Assembly (NCBI GenBank): GCA_951406725.2
Contig: OX597815.1
Coordinates: forward strand, 112,654,001 to 112,718,000
Origin: Octopus vulgaris
Lineage: Eukaryota
Length of the DNA: 64,000 nt
Direction of reading: 5' to 3'
In this document: in pieces, positions 1 through 13,628 of the stretch
Position numbering within the stretch: the first letter of the stretch is position 1
Layout of the letters: every line of letters starts with the position of its first letter
The notes under the pieces: model-generated
The model's database searches: none
Told to the model about the DNA's origin: nothing
Seen by the model: only the letters and a program-made list of their open reading frames with translations
Program-made: the position numbers and the translations under genes

Positions 1-207
1 CACGCACACACACACACACAAAACAACACAGTTAAGTATGAATCGAGATGTGTGCGCGAGAGAGATATGTTTGTGAGAGAGAGATGTGTGAGAGAGAGAG
101 ATAAGTGTGTGTGAGAGAGAGAGATAAGTGTGTGTGAGAGAAAAAGAGAGCGCGTGCGCGTGTGCATGCGCGTGCTAGCGTGTGTCTGCATGTGTGTGTG
201 TGTGTGA
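1..207. repeat. Mixed (CA)n/(GA)n/(GT)n microsatellite tract
   Basis: Dinucleotide runs visible directly. Confidence 0.85.
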
Positions 208-562
208 GTTAGCGAGGGAGATTCTATTGTTATTTCCTTTAGGTGGTGTTATGTTATCATCCAAGATTCTGGACTCAAGAGGTCTGCAATCTTTCATCGA
301 AATTGTTTATTCAAGCAGATCTAGCATGCCCTTTGTGCCAGGAACTACTTGGAAAGTTCGCTGACTTTCGCTGTGTTCAAATTTCTCACTACAAGCGTAA
401 CAGCATGTAGTGAAAGCAACTATAAGATTAAATCCTTATATATTGAGTAATACACAAGACTCTGGAAGTTCGTATTGGGAACTGGTATCCCGAGAGAATG
501 ATTTGCAACATTTCACGCACCAGCACATTCCATACACGTACGCACTTTTCCCACACACACCT

Positions 563-579
563 ATATATATATATGTGTA

Positions 580-639
<60 letters not shown>

Positions 640-730
640 CATACACACATACACACACACACACAAATACACACACAAAGATATATATATATATATATAT
701 ATATATACATGAATGTATGTATGTATGTAC
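563..730. repeat. (TA)n/(CA)n microsatellite
   Basis: Long TA runs; source of the spurious YIYI ORFs. Confidence 0.95.
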
Positions 731-2179
731 GTCATTATTCAGTTTTATTTCAAGAATTCTTGCCAATAGAGAAAGGGCTGATTTCTAACCTAGAACAACG
801 GGTTATTTTTGTATGTATATAGTATATGTGCAGATTTGTATGTTTTACTTTATGTATATCTTCTCATGCATAACTTGCATATCTAGATATGCCCATATAT
901 ACTTAAAATATACGTATGTATGTTTGTATATATGCATGTATGCATGTATGTATATATGCAGTACGTATGTATTTTCCATACGCTGAATTTCGAAGAGTGA
1001 AGCGAGGAATTGACAAATTGGTGAATTAATTTTATTTGGTGAAAATCTTCGAAAATGTATAGCATATTTCCGTTTTCCTAGTTTCCATGTTCAGATCCCA
1101 ACCAGTATGATTATTATACCATATTTGCAGTATCCTTCATATTTTTCTTCCTTGTGCCTCAATAATAAATTAACTTTCGATAGAAAAGTTGTCATTCGAC
1201 AAAATTTACTTAGTTATGCATTTATTTAATACAAAACTGCCTGAGTATGTGTGGGTGAATGTGTGAGAAAGACGCCAAAAAAATTAAGAACCGAAATATT
1301 CTGTAAAATTTATCCTATACCCCACCACCATCTTGTATCTATCGCTAAATTACCTTCAATAATATCATACATGTCACTAAATAAGTGAGTGGTATAGTTG
1401 GTAATACTTAATTATAGAAAAATGTTTCGTATCTAGCAGCTCTATGATCATATTTTAGCAATGTCAGCTGTGAATTTTGGAACAACGTTCTATGTAAATA
1501 AAATAAACAATCTCTGCTGAGTTCAACTTATTCAAATATCTGTCTTCCTTGACTTACATATTTGTTTAATATATTTGTATTTACGAAATACAAAATTATT
1601 TCCATCGCGGCGTTTGCATTATTTGGAGCTTCAAGAAAATATCTTGCACTTTCTCAAAATTTCTAGTTTTGTTTTACTTACATTTTTCTCATATTTTGTT
1701 TCTTTTTATTAGCATTTCATATTAATCTGCCCCAGGTTATTAGGAACATTGACAATTTGACAGCTGCTAAATCATAAACAAATTCGCACAGCCCCCATCG
1801 ATTTTTAATTAAAAATGAACACATGACATTAATAGACGTTAAATAGTTTGGCATTTTATATTTCTTAGAACAGCTACAAAACCTACGATAATACTGGAAA
1901 ATTTGATAATAGAGACTAACATACCCGCGGTCGTACAAAGAAATTTCATATGATTTTTTAATATTTTGGACGTATTATATTGTGCAATTGTTTTTCCTCG
2001 ATTGTAACCTCATTACTCCTTGTAGCTTTACTACAGAACAGCATATATCCTTTTAAAATAACAAAATAACAACTTAGATAAGGAGATACACTGCTTATCT
2101 AGGAAGATGGGATTACATTATAAAATCCATTTTACATCATTGTTGCTGAAACTGATATATGTATGTGTGTGTATGGATG

Positions 2180-2227
<48 letters not shown>

Positions 2228-2250
2228 TTCATACACACACACACACACAT

Positions 2251-2299
<49 letters not shown>

Positions 2300-2301
<2 letters not shown>

Positions 2302-2722
2302 CGCAGGAGTGGCTGTGTGGTAAGTAGCTTGTTTACTAGCCACATGGTTCCGGGTTCAGTCCCCTGCGTGGCACCTTGGGCAAGTGTCTTCTACTATAGC
2401 CTCGGGCCGACCAAAGCCTTGTGAGTGGATTTGGTAGACGGAAACTGAAAGAAGCCCGTCGTATATATGTATATATATATATGTGTATGTGCGTGTATGT
2501 TTGTGTGTCTGTGTTTGTTCCCCTAGCATTGCTTGACAACCGATGCTGGTGTGTTTATGTTCCCGTCACTTAGCGGTTCGGCAAAAGAGACCGATAGAAT
2601 AAGTACTGGACTTACAAAGAATAAGTCCTGGGATCGAGTTGCTCGATTAAAGGCGGTGCTCCAGCATGGCCACAGTCAAATGACTGAAACAAGTAAAAGA
2701 GTAAAAAAAAGAGTAAAAAGAG
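2300..2722 (+). mobile_element. tRNA-derived SINE, family A (full length)
   Basis: A box TGGCTGTGTGG, B box GGTTCAGTCCC, CCTTGGGCAAGTGTCTT core, internal TA/TG tract, AAAAGAGT tail repeats; near-identical copies at 25606 and 63284. Confidence 0.9.
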
Positions 2723-2736
2723 TATATATATTACAA

Positions 2737-2945
2737 TTTTACTCTTTTACTTGTTTCAGTGATTTGACTGTGGCCATGCTGGAGCACCGCCTTTCGTCAA
2801 GCAAATCGACCCCAGGACGTATTCTTTGTAAGCCTAGTACTTCTTCTATCGGTCTATTTTTGCCGAACCGCTAAGTTACGGGGAAATAAACACACCAGCA
2901 TCGGTTGTTAAGCGATGTTGGGGGAACAAGCACACACAAACATAT
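2737..2945 (-). mobile_element. SINE family A, 3' half in inverted orientation
   Basis: Reverse complement of ~2500-2720 (TTTTACTTGTTTCAGT...GGCCATGCTGGAGCACCGCCTTT). Confidence 0.85.
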
Positions 2946-2953
2946 ACACACAT

Positions 2954-2996
<43 letters not shown>

Positions 2997-3000
<4 letters not shown>

Positions 3001-3362
3001 CTGTGCGGTAAGGAGCGTGCATTACGAATTACATAGTTCCGGGTTTAGTCCCACTGCGTGACACCTCGGACAACTCTCTTCTCCTTGTGAGTGGATTTGG
3101 TAAACGGAAACTCAAAGAAGCCCGTCCTGTTAAATATATATATATATACATATATATAGTCTGTCTGTCTATGTTTGTCCCCCTAACAGCGCTTGACAAC
3201 TACTGTTGATGTGTTTACGTCCCCGTAACCTAGCGATTCGGCAAAAAAACGATAGAATAGTACTAGGCACACAAAGAATAAGTCCTGGGGTCTATTTTCT
3301 CGACTAAAGGTGACGGTCCAGTATTGCCACAGTTAAATGACTGAAACAAGTAAAAGAATAAA
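2997..3362 (+). mobile_element. SINE family A, diverged copy with internal deletion
   Basis: GTGAGTGGATTTGGTAAACGGAAACT and GTTAAATGACTGAAACAAGTAAAAG match the 2300 copy. Confidence 0.85.
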
Positions 3363-3390
3363 TGAATATATATATGTATATATAGATATA

Positions 3391-3434
<44 letters not shown>

Positions 3435-3435
<1 letters not shown>

Positions 3436-3568
3436 AGGTTGTCCCAAAAGTTAGTAAACACTTGCGAAAATTGAATTTTTACACGCCAAGTACTAACAAA
3501 AACAACAAAAATTATTCCTCAAAATAAAGACCATTATTTTCCAAGACTTTCTACGAACTTTTGGGACA

Positions 3569-3573
<5 letters not shown>
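3435..3573. mobile_element. Mariner-type MITE (~140 bp)
   Basis: TIRs AGGTTGTCCCAAAAGTT / AACTTTTGGGACAACCT, embedded in (TA)n; TIR resembles the mariner end at 34750. Confidence 0.8.
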
Positions 3574-3667
<94 letters not shown>

Positions 3668-4405
3668 TGTATGTATTTGTGCATGCATGAAGAAATGTAG
3701 GCATTGCTCATTCCAAAAAGAGTCAATGTGTTGGGTGAATATAGGTTGCATGTTATCAAATTGTTCGAATCATCAAATCGAACAGGTAGCTAATCTATAA
3801 TGAAAGGATGACAATATGAGAATATCGTTTACATAAGGTTTATGGATTCCACTATATCGAGTTTAATGGAGTTTGTTTTGTAAAGTTAATTTTCAGATAA
3901 ACAGAAAAAATGAGAATACCTTTGAAGTATAAGTGACTGGAGAATTTGGCGGTGAAGTGAAGATGATAGAATGCGTGAAGAAGAAAAACAGGGGAAAAAT
4001 ATAAAATATGGTTTCCAGTATATAAAAGCCATATTCTTTTAAACATGAGATGTTATATTATATGAACAAATCTTAATAATGTTCAGGTATTAAAGGAAAT
4101 AATTTCTTGGTTTGAATTGAGAAATATAAAAAAAATATATATTTTGTTTACTACTTCCCTTTGCTATTAAACAAATTGATTTTTTCGTAAAATTTAAATT
4201 GTACTGAGTGTTTTACATTCATGCATTTGTAGAGCCATTAATCGTAGAAACATCTCTTGATCTATAAAATATTCAGTACCATGATTAATGGTATCATGAC
4301 AATGAAGGCAGCACTGTAATATTCACCTGCAAACATCGGGCGATAAATAATCTATTCTCAAAATACACAACATTACAACCCCACTTCGCTCTTGTCTCCC
4401 TCTAA

Positions 4406-4449
<44 letters not shown>

Positions 4450-4610
4450 TATGTGGGCACAAAACGTCATGAAACATGTACAACAAAAAAGTACGAAGCG
4501 CGAGTACATGGAACATGAACTATTCTTTCGAACAACGGAAGACACAAATGGAAAACAAAGCAAACGTAAAGAACGACCCTTCATCAGTTGTTGGCTGTTT
4601 TTCTAATCTC

Positions 4611-5550
4611 TCATGCACCAATAAAGCAAATTAAATAAAATTTGGGCAATGCTAGTGGTATATTCTCCACAACGTGCAAATGATTATCGCTCGCGGTGCA
4701 CTGGAAAGAGTAGAGTTTCAATGCTTTAAGGCGGTCCAAGAAATCGAGATTAGCCATGCCATTAATTTGTTTTGTGAATGTCCTCTGGGGTGATTCAATT
4801 TTCGAGAAGTTTTGTTTTGCATGGGGAAACCACAGGGGGCAGCAGTTATCGAGGTGTGGCCGTAAAAAGGAGGAGAAAAGTGGAATGATGACACATTGAT
4901 CTCTGGACCGGAATGTTCTTAGGATCCAGGAGCTCATCCTACGAGCTATATCGACCTTATTGAGGTTGTTATCAACAATTACTCCTAGGTTTCTATTAGA
5001 TGCCGTGAGAGGTTTCCCTAAAGGAATAGAGTGTGGTTGTTTTAGCATAGTCTTTTTTCCAAAATACATCAGTTCAAATTTTCCCTCGTTTTGTTGCATT
5101 TTGCATTTGTCTGCCCATTGACGCACAGGATGTAGATCAGACTGGAGTTGAGTTCGGTCTTTTTCTTCATTGATGATTTTCTGGAGCTTAATGTCATCAG
5201 CAAATATTTTCACTTTGCTGTGTTTTACGACGCTGGAAAGATCGTTTATGTAGATTATAAAGAGGAGCGGGCTCAAGACAATCTCCCGAGGAACACCACT
5301 TTTGATTGTTTCTGGGCTTGAGTGGACGCCATCGGCCACAACATGTGTGCTGTTCGCCAGGAAATACACCGTCCAGTGTAGAAGTTTTCCACGGATTCCA
5401 ATATTTGCCAATTTTGGGAGTAAGATACGCATTACTGAAATCAAGATGTATGAAATCAGAGTTCGAACCGGCTGCCTAGGTGTAAGAGCTGTATTAGACA
5501 GTCCCTACCACAGCGAAAGCCATGCGGGTTTGAATTCAGGAGTTTGTGCA
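4611..5550 (-). pseudogene. CR1/L2-group non-LTR retrotransposon reverse transcriptase fragment
   Basis: ORF 4611-5444 has SGVP..IVLSPLLFIIYINDL and KIFADDIKL (RT YADD-type motif), NLGVIVDNNL and RPHLD..CPLW; upstream out-of-frame NPHGFRCGRDCLIQLL. Confidence 0.9.
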
Positions 5551-5686
5551 TCACCAGGAAGCCAGCTATCCTAAATTAATACCTGATATTGAAGTAATTG
5601 AAATTTCGACCCAATGCTACTTTTATTATCAAAATCGTAAGTCAATCGGCAATGTTCTAAATGTTTATGACATCATCTTTTGGATT

Positions 5687-6010
5687 TTAAGGACTCCGCC
5701 GGTTACGACGACGAGGGTCCCAGCTGATACGATCAACGGAACAGCTTGCTCGTGAAATTAACGTGCAAATGGCTGAGCATTCCACAGACACGTGTACCCT
5801 TAACGTAGTTCTCGGGGATAATCAGCGTGACACAGAGAGTGACAAGGCTGACCCTTTGAAATACAAGTACAACTCATTTTTGCCAGCTGAGTGGACTGGA
5901 GCAACGTGAAATAAAGTGTCTTGCTCAAGGACACAACGCGTCGCCGGGAATCGAACTCACAACCTTACGATCATGAGCCGAATGCCCTAACCACTAAGCC
6001 ACGCGCCCTC
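5687..6010 (-). mobile_element. tRNA-derived SINE, family B (tail type 1) with 13-bp TSD
   Basis: Minus strand: TGGCTTAGTGG A box, GAGTTCGATTCC B box, GTGTCCTTGAGCAAGACACTT...CAGTCCACTCAGCTG central domain; TSD CATCTTTTGGATT at 5674-5686 and 6012-6024. Confidence 0.9.
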
Positions 6011-6799
6011 ACATCTTTTGGATTAAGTAATGTTGGTCAGTATTCCTGTTTCTCTGTAGTTAGCAGGGGGATTGTAATTGGTGTAGACATTACCGCCAGC
6101 ATCTGAAATTTTGACCATTAAATTTATGTCATCTGTAAAATGTATTTTCATTAGAATTATATTGTAATAGTTTAGTTTTATGTCATTCTCTGACAGTTAT
6201 TACGCAGTTCTATGACTTTTAATCGCCTCTTTTTATGGAAGATTAATTTTATCTGCGTGTTTTCCTTTATGTATGCAATTACTCCCTGTTTTAATACAAT
6301 GCTGACCCACCGGGAGAGTTTTTATTTGTATGGCCAATATAATATTGATCTCCCCAAGAATACAACTTTTAAATTTGCAATCAAATTCATAAAACATATC
6401 AAAGAATCTATTAATAGCTTCTTTACTGATTAACAGGACAACTGTTTGTTATTGATAATGTTTGTAATGTTAGTGTAGCTACAACGTTATTTTGGTGCTA
6501 ACTAATGGTTTAGAACAAGAAATTTTGTGTTGCGTTTTATGAGATTATTGAAAATCTGTTCGTCTGGTTATTAGTATAGGTATATCTAATTCATTTACTA
6601 CACTTCTCGCTCACACTTAACTGATGACGTATAAATCTAACGGTAAAAAGTTTAAAGTTTTACGAAAATGTATTCACCATTCACACTGATATAGCCTAAT
6701 ATAAGCAGAGTGTAATATATACTAACATCATTTTGAATTAAAGAGGAAGCTATTAAAATCTAGAAACGTGAAGGATAAATTTATGAACGTCACTATTCG

Positions 6800-6935
6800 A
6801 ATGTATGAGATCGTGGTTTCGATTCCCATCATGGACGGTGTATTGTGCTCTTGAGCAAAAAGCTTCATTTCATGTTGCTCAAGTGCACTCAGCTGTAAAT
6901 GACTAACCTTGTGACGGACTGGTATCCCATCCAAG
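6800..6935 (+). mobile_element. SINE family B, truncated and diverged
   Basis: GGTTTCGATTCC, CTTGAGCAAAA, CACTCAGCTG and GACTGGTATCCCATCCA match the 10690 copy. Confidence 0.75.
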
Positions 6936-7194
6936 ATGATATTGGAATTTCAGTGACTGATAATTCACACAGGCCGGGTAAGCCGCATTTTCAGACTCCA
7001 CTATTCGAAACAGACTTCAAGAAAATCATGAGAAAATTTGAAAGAAGCGATAAGAATATTAGGCTTGTGTTATCAATGATATATATTTGTATGTGTGTAC
7101 GCGTGTATATGTATGTCTGGATATATTTATGGTTGCAAGCGGAGTGATATTATAGGTGCTTGTGGTCGTCTGCTTGGGAATATACATATGGATG

Positions 7195-7345
7195 CCGCAT
7201 AGGTAGAAGCTTTAAGAACTTCCTTCGGAAACATAAGATGAAGGGATCGGATCCACCGTGTGACATCTTAAGCAAGTGTCGTTTGCCATAGTTTTGGATG
7301 GACCGAAGCGTAACGGGGGAGTCTGAGTAAACGGAAACTGTGCGG
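7195..7345 (+). mobile_element. Old SINE family A head
   Basis: Degenerate match (CATCTTAAGCAAGTGTC...AAACGGAAACTG). Confidence 0.55.
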
Positions 7346-8762
7346 AATCCTGTGGAATACAATCCATTTCTGATTTAATGGTGCAGTTTTATCACATATT
7401 TTATGTTTATTGTACCTGAGGATTGACACATATGGAGTACACAACGACTTCTATAGTTATTTAATGAGGAGGTAGTTCAAACAACTGAATCTTCGTCCTC
7501 GAAATTGACGGAGATTGGTTATATTTCATTTACATTATACATGCGTATATGTATGTTTATATCTTTACGTGTGCTTGCGTGCGGTGTGTGTGTGTCCCTA
7601 TATAGATATTTAAGCGTCACCCTTGGGATATGAGGGTGCATGTGTGTGTACATGTGCAGTTGCACATGTATGAGTATGCATGTGCATATGTATTTTACTT
7701 TTTCTATTCACTTATTTTCATCTGTATTCATATTAGATTTTTTTTCGCTGTTTTCAATTTTTGTTGTGCATGTTTTCTGAAACTATACGTTTTCATAGTC
7801 ATAATTTTTATTTAATGACTGTACTTGAGGCGTCACATATGCCGTCTTATATCTTATGTACACAGTAACATGTAATTTAGTTCTCACCTGCGTGATCAAC
7901 GAGAATTCCCTCAAATATTAGAGTAGCAACAGAATAAGATCAAGACAATCATGTTTGTATGTGTGTGTGCGTGCGTGTATATGTGTAAGAAGTGGATGAA
8001 TATGCAATAGTATAGTAACTAAAAAAATCTGGAATATTTTTTCATTTCTTTCTTTTAATCCTTTTTATGAAATTATTCATGGAAATTCTTTCTCATAATC
8101 AAAGATCCTAGATAGAAAGCATTTTTCAATAAAAGAAAGTACTGCATAATGTAATGAAATGTACAGTCTACCTGGCAGCGCATTATGTTTGCTATCAAAA
8201 CTTACTCAGTAGAAACAGTATTGAAACATTTATTTTCATATATTTATACGAATACATAGCATATAAGCTTCCAAAAATAGCTGCGTGGTTTAGAACTTTG
8301 TTTTGCAGCGACATGGTTATAATTTCATTCTGTCTGCGTAGCACTTTGAAAATAAATTCTATATATATTGGGTCATCCAATATATATATAAAAGTTAGAA
8401 AGGGGCGGGATAAACTGCCTGCCTCAACTTGCTATAAAAGCAGGTGGTAATTTTACCTTGTACTTATTCTTAGTGCAAGTTTTGAAGAGTGCAGTTCTTC
8501 AATATACATACATATACATATCTATATTTCCTTTCTAGATCTTGTATACTAAACCAAATATCCAGCTGTTTAATATCACTACTATTGCTCAGTTATCTTT
8601 GGCAGAGTCCACTTTTTCGTAAGTTTTCCGACTAATACTTCGGACCCTTTCGTTCTCTCTATTTACGCGTTTTTCTTGCAGCGATTTTTCTACCGATTTT
8701 CCACCCAAACATCAGCCGCATCCTTTTAGTCAATATTCTTTAGCATTTGCAGCGTGTATGTG

Positions 8763-8766
<4 letters not shown>

Positions 8767-8843
<77 letters not shown>
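8767..8843. repeat. (CT)n microsatellite
   Basis: Perfect run. Confidence 0.95.
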
Positions 8844-8845
<2 letters not shown>

Positions 8846-9294
8846 ATGTATTTAGTGAATACGTTTCCCAACATAATCCTATTAAGAATAATGTATGTGT
8901 GTGTGAGTTGCTGTGTGTGTGTGACTGTGTATATATATGCTTCATGATTCCGTTTACCACAGCATTTTCCCTCATCAGTTGTTAAAATTCAATATACTTA
9001 TACATCACAGTATTATTAAGATTCGGTAGTAAAGAAGTCTGGACAAATATATTTTAGCAGGTCAGTACAGAGCGTAATATCAGTTAATAAATGAATTGGA
9101 AAAGAACAGTATTTATGTAATCACTTCCATTAGCTTTCAATAGTTCTTTCTATAAAGAACAGTGTACCAACAGAGAAGTGCTGGTGCGACATCTTATAGC
9201 TTCATCAAAGCCATGCGAATGAAATATATGTATACATAGATATGTGTGTGTGAGTGTATCTGTGTGCATGTTTGTGCATACACATGCATGCATG

Positions 9295-9372
9295 CATACA
9301 TACATACATACATACATACATACATACATACATACATACATACATACATACATACATACATACATACATACA
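9295..9372. repeat. (CATA)n microsatellite
   Basis: Perfect run. Confidence 0.95.
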
Positions 9373-10246
9373 TGTGCGTGTGTCAATAAGTTTTCAAGAA
9401 ATGTTTCATATGTTTCCTTTAAACTGAGCCAATCACGAGATTCATGTTTCCTATTTCTCTTTATTTACCACTCTAGGTTGAATATAAATGTGTCTGAATT
9501 ATGAAACCTCTCTTTAGATTATATTCTTAAATAATAGTTCTAGTCATTCCAAAATTATAACTTTACAGAGTACATTGAATTTAAACAATGTTATTCACAG
9601 ATTTACACTTGTCAGGGAATAATTGCTTTGTTATTAACTCATACGCGAATATCAGCAGCCACGAACAAGTTAACAATCTTAGAGTGATTTTACCATCTAC
9701 CAATAGTATTAAATTAGGATTATAATCAAAACGCTTAATGTACATCGATTTGATAAGACCTGAATCTGAATTTGAGAAAATGTAATTAATTTTTCAGAGT
9801 TAGTTCTGATAAGTAACACAGGCTAATAATTCCCAAGCATACAAAATTGCCTTCTTTTGAAATTTACATATTACTTCTCAATACATACTAATGCATCGCA
9901 TTTTAGAATGATCAGATCTGACATACTGTATCACATCTCCAGCTGGGAATTTTCTGCCTGTGCAAATAATTCTTTTGCACACCGAACTACGGACGGTTAT
10001 CTCAAATTCTCTATTTATTAGAATGACAGTGAAAAGATTTGAGAGAGAAAGGAAAACTGCAGGGTAAGATAGATAGTAAAGATGAAAGGGAAGAAGTGAG
10101 AATAGAAGAAATGAATAGCCAGGTATACAGACGCATAGAAATGCAGAAACTGGTCGATATCAAAGACAGATAACTGAAGCCAATCCCAATTTATTCTAAT
10201 CAGCATTTTGAATATAGGACTCGCAGTGATTATTAATTATTAAGAA

Positions 10247-10345
10247 ATCATCATCATCAATATCGTCATCATCAAAATCATCATCATCAATATCATCATC
10301 ATCATCATCATCATTATCATCATCGTCTTCATCATCACAATCATG
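10247..10345. repeat. (ATC)n degenerate trinucleotide repeat
   Basis: Visible run. Confidence 0.85.
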
Positions 10346-10689
10346 ATCAGCAGCAGCTGCATAAACTGTAGCATCAGTAAAAAGATGAAAATCTTAAATA
10401 AATAAATATTAATAGCATTAATCAATTCGCAACATTGATCATGGCTGTGCTACAAGCAGGAGGGTAATAAAAAAAAGCCCAAAACATGCAGATAAAAAAT
10501 AATATCTCAATTGTAGACTAAATTGTATACAACGCTAGAAATAAATTAGGCCTGTCGGCCATCTTGAAATTTCTGACAACCGCATCTCAAAAGTTCTGCC
10601 CTCATCCAATGTTCAAATATATCTATAAAGGTGAACTATCATTTTCCCCTTCAATATGTCTTTCATAATGTGTAAAATAAAAAATAAAT

Positions 10690-10941
10690 AAATGCGCCCT
10701 TTTAAAGACTAACCAGGCTCATGGGCCCAGTTTCCCGGTTTCAATGGTGTATGTATTCCCCAGCTGGATGGGACGCCAGTTCATCGCAGCATTACTCATT
10801 TTTGCCAGCTGAGTGGACTGGAGCAACGTGAAATGAAGTGTTTTGCTCAAGAACACAACGCGTCGCCCGGTCACGGAATCGAAACCACTATCTTACCATC
10901 GTGTTGCTGACACCCTAACCACTAAGCCACGCGCCTCCACT
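10690..10941 (-). mobile_element. SINE family B (tail type 2)
   Basis: Same head and central domain as the 5687 copy; different tail (GCGATGAACTGGCGTCCCATCCAG...). Confidence 0.9.
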
Positions 10942-13077
10942 TGATAAAGTGTGGTAAAAGGTAATTCTCTTTCAAGCTTTACATTTTACTTGACATGGAG
11001 GCAGTTTTGGCTGTATTGATTAGTACTTTGCCTTACAACTAAATATTTCCCTGTTCTATCCCCACCCAAGTTAACATTGTGGTGGAAATTCTCCTGCCAC
11101 AGTGCAGGGTTGAACCAGCATGTTCAGAATTAGAATCCGACGAAGACAAAATGTTTGCAGATGCTCTACTGTACACAAACACACACACACACACATGTAT
11201 ACAGGGAACAACTCAAGGAATGTTTCGCTCTTACTATAACCTCATTAATGACTCATATATTACATTGAATTTCCAGAATAGTGAGATTCAAATTCACTCT
11301 ACAAATGTACAAGATTACACTTTAGTTATCACATATTAACTCACATAAACAGAATCATTTACAATGAAAGTAATTGAAACACAATCCGCACGAAAAATAA
11401 TAATTAAGTTTGCCTTGATCTATCGGGTAAGTATTTCTATTTATCTTCGTGCATTAAATACGTTAACACATTAAATATGTTAACAACTCAGTAATTGTTT
11501 TGTTGTTTCTTTTTTATTTGTTGCTGGGTCTATAAATTAATATTCATATTCCAACACGTGTTTGATGTCTGATTCGCTTAGTATAGAGAATAAGAAAACA
11601 AAATATTTCTATTATAGATTTATCTCCTCCCAGAACTGCAAACTAATTTGTGGCTTCATAGGAATAACTGATCCGCTTTCTAAAAGCACAGAATGCAAAT
11701 CAGGAATAGAAATTCTAATGCAAATTTCTCCACTTGACATAAAAACGTACAGCTCGGATGTTTTTGAAGTGAATAAATAGAAATGAGTTCTTGCCAGTTT
11801 GCCTCTAGCTTAAATATATATACGTTAGCAATTAAAAAAACATTTCTCGTGATTTCAAGTTAAAAATGAACGTTAATTGTTCTCATTAATTTTGTTTTCT
11901 GTGGCACTTCATTTATTCTTTATACATTTTAATATATTTTAGTTTTCTTCCAGAGTTTTACTTGATGATATTTGGGTTATTTTTCTATCTGAAGATACTT
12001 AGTAAATCTTTATTTTTTTCCCTCATAATAATCATCGCTTCTCAGACTTAGAAGATTTTAAAATGCCTTGCTACCACCTGGGAAAATGTTCATGATGTTA
12101 GCATATAATTGACTTCCGTATCTCTTGCTTTAAGTGTTTTGCACGGTTCAATTATATATATATAAATTGTACATTTAGTATTTATTTGTTAAATACGATA
12201 TCTCCACACATATATCACGAGCTGTTGCTTCGGGAACGGAAATTTTTAGTTGAGACTTTAAAGAAATTATACAATTATACAAATATTCATACGAAAAGGC
12301 AAAACATTATTTACTTGAAGTAAACTTTAAGGACAATAGTTGTCAATAAAGCGTTGTATGTATTTTGTCTAATGTTAATTACTATCAAAGTCATTTCACT
12401 TCGTGATAATCCGTTTTGCTTTACTGGTTTGTGGGACGAGATAAAGCAATGTGTCAGTGTAGATTTAGACAGTGAATTATCGTTTGAAGGAGGTTTAGCT
12501 GCTATTTCCAACAACTTGAACGATCGGATAGAAGCAGCCTTGATGGATTGAGCAGCATAAACAGGCTGAACGAAATTAATTGGGAACCGAAAGAGATATT
12601 CCCCTAAGAGAAAGAGGACCTCTGGACAGTTGAGATTAGAAAGCGAGAAGTTATTAGTATTCTCGTCCAAATTAATTTTATAGTCCTTTTATCTTTCCAC
12701 GCAATTGTATGCCATGATTGGATGCATCTGGAGCCCAATGTTTCATATGTCAAAGTGCCTTGTATATACGATTAACGTAACCCAAGCATAATCTAGGTGA
12801 CTCGGCTGCACTAATATTATTTATCCCCCATAAATGCACTTCACAACTACTCCCAATCTTCTTTCTAACTTGTCAGTACAAAACAGAACTTATTGCGATA
12901 GGGAGATGTGTTTAGCTAATGTTATTGTTCTTAGATATATTTTTCTCGGTACTATAAGTATTTTGCACATCTTACACAGTCGTAATCGACCCCTAATATT
13001 TACATGTATAAACTATGTTTTGCATTTCAGGGTTGATATGGCGGCTCTTTCTTTTGTAATATTCTTGCGTTGATGTA

Positions 13078-13628
13078 GGTGGCGAGCTGGCTGAAACGCT
13101 AGCACGCCGGGCGAAATGCGTAGCCGAATTTCGTCTGTCGTTACTTTCTGAGTTCAAATTCCGCCGAGGTCAACTTTGCCTTTCATTCTTTCGGGGTCGA
13201 GAAATAAAGTATGAGTTACGTACTGGGGTCGATCTAATCGACTGGCGCCCTACACTTGTGGGTAGTGAAGAAATAGGTATTTCGTCTGCCGCTACGTTCT
13301 GAGTTATAATTCCGCCGAGATCGACTTTGCCTTTCATCAGTTTGGGGTCGATTAAATAAGTACCAGTTACGCACTGGAGTCGATATAATCGACTTAATCT
13401 GTTTGTCTGTCCTTGTTTGTCCCCTTTATGTTTAGCCCCTTGTGGGTAGTAAAGAAATAGGTATTTCGTCTGTCTTTACGTTCTGAGTTCAAATTCCGCT
13501 GAGGTCGACTTTGCCTTCAATACTTTCGGGATCGATAAATTAAGTACAAGTTATGTACTGGAATCGATCTAATTGACTGGTCCCCTCCCACAAAGTTTCG
13601 AGCCTTGTACCTAGAGTAGAAAATAATA
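13078..13628 (+). mobile_element. SINE family C, with body repeated three times
   Basis: GGCGAGCTGGC head; the block TTTCGTCTG..GTTCTGAGTT(C)AAATTCCGCCGAG..GACTTTGCCTT recurs at ~13130, ~13280 and ~13465. Confidence 0.85.

Noticed and set aside
243-410. Acceptor-like TTTAG followed by a 55-codon frame containing DLACPLCQELL (RING-like start)
   Set aside because: The remaining RING ligands are absent and there is no supporting exon context.
4450-4600. Minus-strand CTGATGAAGGG resembling a PLE hammerhead start
   Set aside because: No matching stem II closure or GAAA-stem III-NUH could be found; at best a truncated relic.
6615-6660. CTGATGA followed by a weak CGT/ACG stem
   Set aside because: No GAAA core and no convincing stem I.
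12311-12670. 119-aa non-repetitive minus-strand ORF
   Set aside because: No recognisable motif, non-ATG start, and length compatible with chance.
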